Of a stretch of 28,656 nt of DNA, positions 24,532 through 28,656 are shown piece by piece; within the stretch, counting starts at the first letter, position 1; each line of letters opens with the position of its first letter. Below the pieces are notes generated by a model. The model was given only the letters and a program-made list of their open reading frames with translations. It was not told where the DNA came from and did no database searches. The DNA is from a virus (lineage: Duplodnaviria > Caudoviricetes), in IMG/VR virus record IMGVR_UViG_3300014201_000023, positions 1 through 28,656 of that record; one strand, 5' to 3'. Both the position numbers and the translations under genes were made by a program.

Positions 24532-25934
24532 AAATGCTGACTCGCCTCATTGCTCTGCTCGCGTTCCTGCCTTCACTGGCTCATGCCTATTCTTACGGTA
24601 CCCCGCAAGAACTCGTGAACTCGGGCGGCAACACGGCCTCTGTCACGCTCACGGGCGTTCCAAGCGGGGCGAATATCGTCGCCTGCTTCACATGGAATAC
24701 AAACGGCACGTTTACGAGCATGACGGACAACGGTTCCAACATGAGCGCGGCGGGAAGCCAGCTCAACAGCACCTCGAATGTGAACGGGGTGTGCTACTAC
24801 GACACGAACGTTGCCTCTGGCTCGCACACCATTACTGCGACACAAACGAGCTACGGCGGCAATTACCTGGTGGCGTTTTATGTGGCGGGCGCGGGCGCCT
24901 TCGACGGCGCGAACGGGAATAACTCGAATTTCGCCGGCACGGGGGCGAACGCGGTGCTCGGCGGCAGCGTCACGACCACGGCAGCCGGCGATGCCATCAT
25001 CGGGTTTTTCAACACGGTATCCGGCTCTGGAACCTTAAGCGCAGGCACGAGCCCCGGCACCTTCACGAGCTTGGGGTTTACCTCTGCGGTCACGAACTTT
25101 GGCGAGTACTACACGCAGGCAAGCGCCGGGGCGATCCAAGCGGCGGCGACCACCAGCTCCGCGGGCGACATCATCTCCTTCACGATCGCCTTCAGAGCTG
25201 GGAGCGCCGGAAGCTCGGGAAGCGCTGCGCTGTTCAATCAATTCACGCTCTCGCAGTGGCAGACCATTACAACCAACACGACGCTCTCGCCCGCCATTCC
25301 CGCCGTGCTGTGCAATGCCGCTGCGGGCGCCATCACTGTGACCATCCCGACAGCCGTCGGAAGCTTTCAGACCTACTACGTCAAAAAGATCGACTCGACC
25401 TCGAACGCTTGCACGCTTACCCCGCAGAGTGGGCAGACCATCGAGAACGCCTCCACCTACGCGCTTACCGTTCCCTTGAGCAAGATCGCGCTGAAATCCG
25501 ATAGCGCGAACTGGTGGGACGGGGGAGGAGGCGTCGCACAAACTACCGGGACGTTTACGGCCGCTTTCACTGGATTCGGTACAGGTCCTTCCTCGTGCAC
25601 CGTGACTTATACGATTCAGGGCTACATTGCCGTCGTCAATTTCTCGCTAGGCAGCTGCACGGCCACTTCCAACTCAGGGAACATGACCATCACGAATTGG
25701 CCGGCCGCCTTGCAACCCGCAACGATCACCAATCAGACCTGCGCCCTGGAGCTTGTGGACAACGGCAATGGTCTTTCCGGGGAGATGACGCTCGGCAATG
25801 CGAGTGCGACCGTGGTTCTCGGCCTCTATGCAACAAACACGGTGACAAATCGCGTGTCTGGAGCTGCCGGCAATTTCACTTCGAGCGGAACCAAGGGCAT
25901 TGATTACGGACCATGCGTCTACTCGCTGCAATAG
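24528..25934 (+). CDS. Three-domain beta-rich fibre or adhesin-like protein with predicted Sec signal peptide
   Basis: MKMLTRLIALLAFLPSLAHA-YSY; middle LCNA..GAITVT.P...Y.VKKIDS..N..T...TI fibre module; tip domain TGTFT...Y...G..V.V...ITN.P; 8 Cys. Confidence 0.75.
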   Translation: MKMLTRLIALLAFLPSLAHAYSYGTPQELVNSGGNTASVTLTGVPSGANIVACFTWNTNGTFTSMTDNGSNMSAAGSQLNSTSNVNGVCYYDTNVASGSHTITATQTSYGGNYLVAFYVAGAGAFDGANGNNSNFAGTGANAVLGGSVTTTAAGDAIIGFFNTVSGSGTLSAGTSPGTFTSLGFTSAVTNFGEYYTQASAGAIQAAATTSSAGDIISFTIAFRAGSAGSSGSAALFNQFTLSQWQTITTNTTLSPAIPAVLCNAAAGAITVTIPTAVGSFQTYYVKKIDSTSNACTLTPQSGQTIENASTYALTVPLSKIALKSDSANWWDGGGGVAQTTGTFTAAFTGFGTGPSSCTVTYTIQGYIAVVNFSLGSCTATSNSGNMTITNWPAALQPATITNQTCALELVDNGNGLSGEMTLGNASATVVLGLYATNTVTNRVSGAAGNFTSSGTKGIDYGPCVYSLQ

Positions 25935-26218
25935 TGCTATTTTTCCTCACCGGCTGCGCCGGCTTATCCGTGCGCCCGGAATTCGAGCACATGTCGCACC
26001 TCTCGCAGCATGAGCCGTTCACCGATCATCCCACGGGCTACGGCGAGAATATCGCAAACCTCATCGTGCATTGGCAGCACGGGCCGCTCTATGTGGAGGC
26101 AGGGGAGGGCATTGCCCTCGCGCCCTATTACCCAGCCTCGCAGAGCTTTGGCGAGATCGTGGGGCCCAAGGAGGAATTCAGCTTTCGCTTAGGCTATGTG
26201 CTGTGGGGCGAGCGCTGA
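25913..26218 (+). CDS. Predicted lipoprotein with amphipathic beta-strands
   Basis: MRLLAAIVLFFLTG-C lipobox; C-terminal FSFRLGYVLW. Confidence 0.7.
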   Translation: MRLLAAIVLFFLTGCAGLSVRPEFEHMSHLSQHEPFTDHPTGYGENIANLIVHWQHGPLYVEAGEGIALAPYYPASQSFGEIVGPKEEFSFRLGYVLWGER

Positions 26219-26219
26219 T

Positions 26220-26573
26220 GTGGCTGAGGAAGATTACAAGCTGCTCGATGACACGATGCGCAACTTGGAGACGCTTGCGCACTCGCCGGAGGAGCTGCGC
26301 TGGCGTCTCTCGCTGGTGCAAGCGATCAAGGACTTGCGGCGCGAACAGCAGCTCACGCGCACGGAGCTGCGCGCGCGGTTCGATAAGCTCGAGAAGGGCG
26401 CTGTCACGCCGATCCAGGTCGCGCGTGTCGTGAAAACCGAGATCAAGGACAATGCGGATTTGGCGAAAGTCGCCCAAGATGTCAAACGGCTGTGGGCGGG
26501 TGCCATGTGGCTCGTGGTGCTCATCGTAGGAGGCTGCCTGGGGGCCGTGCTGAAAGCGACGGTATTCAAGTGA
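26220..26573 (+). CDS. Coiled-coil protein with C-terminal TM helix (lysis cassette, holin/antiholin-like)
   Basis: GTG at 26220 just after the previous stop; LWAGAMWLVVLIVGGCLGAVL. Confidence 0.65.
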   Translation: MAEEDYKLLDDTMRNLETLAHSPEELRWRLSLVQAIKDLRREQQLTRTELRARFDKLEKGAVTPIQVARVVKTEIKDNADLAKVAQDVKRLWAGAMWLVVLIVGGCLGAVLKATVFK

Positions 26574-26803
26574 GCACGCATTCATGGCTCCTCGTGATCA
26601 CGCTGGCGACGCTCGCGATCGTGATCTTCATCGCGATCCGCAAAAGCAACGAGTCCGGCGTATCAGAAGTGCGCAAGGACATCGAGGGGCTGCGCCAGCA
26701 GTGGGATGTCGAGCACAAGGCGCTGCAGAGCGATATCAAAGTCAGCAAGGGGTGGCTGCTGAGGATCTTGAACCGCTTCGGGTTTTTGCAGGATAAGGAA
26801 TAG
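26570..26803 (+). CDS. Membrane protein with N-terminal TM and coiled coil (holin or i-spanin candidate)
   Basis: GTGA coupling; WLLVITLATLAIVIFIAI followed by heptads. Confidence 0.65.
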   Translation: MSTHSWLLVITLATLAIVIFIAIRKSNESGVSEVRKDIEGLRQQWDVEHKALQSDIKVSKGWLLRILNRFGFLQDKE

Positions 26804-26808
26804 GGCAA

Positions 26809-27291
26809 GTGACGCCAAACCAGCGAGGTTTTCTCGCCATGATTCGCTGGTCCGAAGTGCTCTCAGGGCGCCCCGATGCCGACCCTTACCGGCAGGTCTT
26901 TGGGTTTGGCTTCGTGATCAACGATCTCTCCGACCATCCGGCACTCTTGGGCTGGAAGGGCGCACCGCTCGATTTCTTGGGGCCCGATTACAAGGGACTG
27001 GTCTCGACCGCCGCGGGAGCGTACCAGATCAGGAAATTCACGTGGGTCACGCTCAAGGGGCAGTGCGGCCTTCCCGACTTCACCCCCGCCTCCCAGGATA
27101 CCGCGGCGCTTGCGCTCATAGGCCAGCAGCGCGGCGCGCTCGATGACATCGAGAATGGCGACATCGAGAGCGCCATCGCCCGCTGCTCTGGCATCTGGGC
27201 CTCGCTCCCCGGCAACAGCGCCGGGCAGCCGCAGCAGAAACTCGCCGATCTCACCGCGCAGTACCAACTTGGAAGGAGCCAATATGTCTGA
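26809..27291 (+). CDS. Endolysin, lambda R-like lytic transglycosylase (GH104-like)
   Basis: N.R.FL.MI..SE, STAAGAYQI, DF.P.SQD.AA..L, RGAL.DI..G, WASLPG...GQ. Confidence 0.9.
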   Translation: MTPNQRGFLAMIRWSEVLSGRPDADPYRQVFGFGFVINDLSDHPALLGWKGAPLDFLGPDYKGLVSTAAGAYQIRKFTWVTLKGQCGLPDFTPASQDTAALALIGQQRGALDDIENGDIESAIARCSGIWASLPGNSAGQPQQKLADLTAQYQLGRSQYV

Positions 27292-27541
27292 CCCAGATCC
27301 GCAGATGCCCCGAGATTTTGGCTGGCGCTACGTCGCGTGGCTGGCGTGGTCAAACGCTATTTCCATCCTAGCCACCCTGCAGGCGATCTTTGCGGCGATC
27401 ACCTTAGACCCGACGCTCGTGTCCCATCAAGCGTTCCATGTGATCTCGATCGCGAACCTCGTGCTGCTGGTCGTGATTGCGCAGCTCAAGAAGAACAATC
27501 CGCCGTCTCCACCCCCCACCAAGCAACCCCCGAAGGAGTAA
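27284..27541 (+). CDS. Two-TM holin candidate
   Basis: AAGGAG SD; two hydrophobic helices and a Lys/Pro-rich tail; follows the endolysin. Confidence 0.65.
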   Translation: MSDPDPQMPRDFGWRYVAWLAWSNAISILATLQAIFAAITLDPTLVSHQAFHVISIANLVLLVVIAQLKKNNPPSPPPTKQPPKE

Positions 27542-27546
27542 TTCCC

Positions 27547-27816
27547 ATGTCCACGCCCAACCCCCTCGAAGCTGCCGCGGTCCCTGCCCTTGTGGCCGCA
27601 TTACAGGCCGTCCAAGCCTTCATCTCGAACTTAGGCACCGATCCCGCCCAAGTCGCCGTCAAGGCCCCTGGCGCCATCCAGGTGCTGATAGGCACCCTTG
27701 AGATGCAGATCCCGGTCCTGGCCGCTGCGGAGCTTTCCGCCGCGCAGTCCGACATCAACGCCAAGATCGGGGGCTGGGTCTCGAAATTGCAGGGCCTAGC
27801 CGCCCCAAAGTCGTGA
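27547..27816 (+). CDS. Ala-rich amphipathic hypothetical protein (89 aa)
   Basis: AAGGAG SD, ATG 27547, GTGA coupling to the next gene. Confidence 0.7.
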   Translation: MSTPNPLEAAAVPALVAALQAVQAFISNLGTDPAQVAVKAPGAIQVLIGTLEMQIPVLAAAELSAAQSDINAKIGGWVSKLQGLAAPKS

Positions 27817-28298
27817 GTCGAGTCCCGATCCGGCTGCGCTGGCGCCGCGGCTCGGGGCTTTCCTCCGCGGCGATTGCCTGGTTTTCGGCTGGGCAGTTCA
27901 GCCACGTCGATGCAGTGCTTGACGGGACGCTTTACGGGGCCCGGAGCGATAACGTCGGGGGTGGTAAGGGGGTACGGGCCAGGCCATATCCCTACGAGAA
28001 ATCCGAGGCCGTGATGGTGCTTGAGCTACCCGTAGCGCCCCAGCTCTACCAAGCCTGGCGCTCGTTCCTGATCGCGCAGAACGGCAAGCCATACGATTCC
28101 ACTGCGATCTGGGGCTTCGGGCTTGACCGGGATTGGCGCGATCCCGATTCCTGGTTCTGCTCGGAGCTGCAAATGGCCGCGCTCGAGGCGGCCGGCATCT
28201 GCCACGATGTCATTGTGCCGGCGTACAAGGTGACGCCGGTCGCGCTCTCGGCGGTGTTCTCGGCCCTGGGCGCCTATGCCGTAACGGACAGCCCATGA
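27813..28298 (+). CDS. Permuted papain-like (NlpC/P60, YiiX/YaeF-type) amidase or peptidase
   Basis: His-before-Cys order: FSHVD ... GKPYD ... WFCSEL. Confidence 0.82.
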   Translation: MSRVPIRLRWRRGSGLSSAAIAWFSAGQFSHVDAVLDGTLYGARSDNVGGGKGVRARPYPYEKSEAVMVLELPVAPQLYQAWRSFLIAQNGKPYDSTAIWGFGLDRDWRDPDSWFCSELQMAALEAAGICHDVIVPAYKVTPVALSAVFSALGAYAVTDSP

Positions 28299-28513
28299 GG
28301 CGAGCTATCGTCCTCGCTCTCCTGCTCGCGGTCCTAACTTTGCAGCCTCATATCCTTGCCGCCGCGCCTGCTCGCGAATGTCGGCGAGCGCCGCGTAATT
28401 GCTCGCAAAGAAATGCGGGGCGCGCCCGGTCGATGCGAGATAGATGCGCCGGCCGGCATCCTCGGGGCCGAAGCGATACTCAAGTTCCTCGCCGGCTTTT
28501 CCTGCGAGCGTGA
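28295..28513 (+). CDS. Signal-peptide-like ORF, probably truncated or chimeric
   Basis: ATGA coupling and MRRAIVLALLLAVLTLQ; the rest is antisense to a conserved-looking minus-strand frame. Confidence 0.35.
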   Translation: MRRAIVLALLLAVLTLQPHILAAAPARECRRAPRNCSQRNAGRARSMRDRCAGRHPRGRSDTQVPRRLFLRA

Positions 28514-28596
28514 TCGCCCATCCGGCGCGACAGTGCGTGGTGTTACAGGCGTGCCAGACGGACATGTTGAGTTTTCCCGTCCCCGACTCGAGCGCG
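28305..28596 (-). pseudogene. Phage domain with WH.C.TTHCRAGW motif; start uncertain, possibly a 5'-deleted remnant
   Basis: ALESGTGKLNMSVWHACNTTHCRAGWAITLAG.AG..LE...IY.AS...P.FFA.N..ALADIR, a motif I associate with C-termini of phage pentapeptide-repeat proteins. The only in-frame ATG is inside the domain. Confidence 0.5.
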
Positions 28597-28656
28597 GGCG
28601 GATCATTTTTTGCCCTTCTTGTATGGCTTGACGCAAACCTTCGCCATCGCAAGCGC

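Noticed and set aside
23476-25016. TTCAACACGG near 23476 and 25008 as more promoter copies
   Set aside because: Partial matches inside coding sequence (Phe-Asn-Thr codons) without the AG/C flanks.
1-28656. CRISPR array, tRNA/rRNA, integrase or transposase, diversity-generating retroelement, invertible fibre cassette, stop-codon recoding
   Set aside because: By eye, no spaced repeats, RNA-gene signatures, reverse transcriptase, recombinase or long repeat pairs were seen. TAA, TAG and TGA all end genes at sensible positions.

Overview
The window is the late (morphogenesis and lysis) region of a GC-rich tailed dsDNA phage or prophage with podovirus-type architecture. The lambda-R-like endolysin and lipoprotein signals suggest a Gram-negative host. 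Gene order on the + strand: terminase large subunit 3' end, a ~4.5 kb accessory block (small lipoprotein, HTH protein, two basic Gly-rich proteins, exported fibre-like protein, ChaB-like protein, beta-helix spike), portal, scaffold, major capsid, terminator, decoration and conserved small proteins, adaptor, split tail nozzle, GNAT-like protein, four ejection-type proteins, a reversed membrane-protein gene, fibre/spike genes including a GH5 glycoside hydrolase, the lysis cassette and a permuted papain-like amidase. A convergent minus-strand gene or remnant closes the window. Main unusual features: (1) four Cys-rich fibre/spike/glycanase proteins carry apparent Sec signal peptides, suggesting export and oxidative folding of virion appendages; (2) a phage-specific promoter motif AGTCAACACGC-N17-TAnnGT occurs 3-4 times, twice placed for leaderless translation; (3) the nozzle gene is split and core tail proteins carry inserted beta-domains; (4) short shared terminal motifs look like virion-targeting tags. 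All family assignments are by eye from motifs and synteny; no searches were run.
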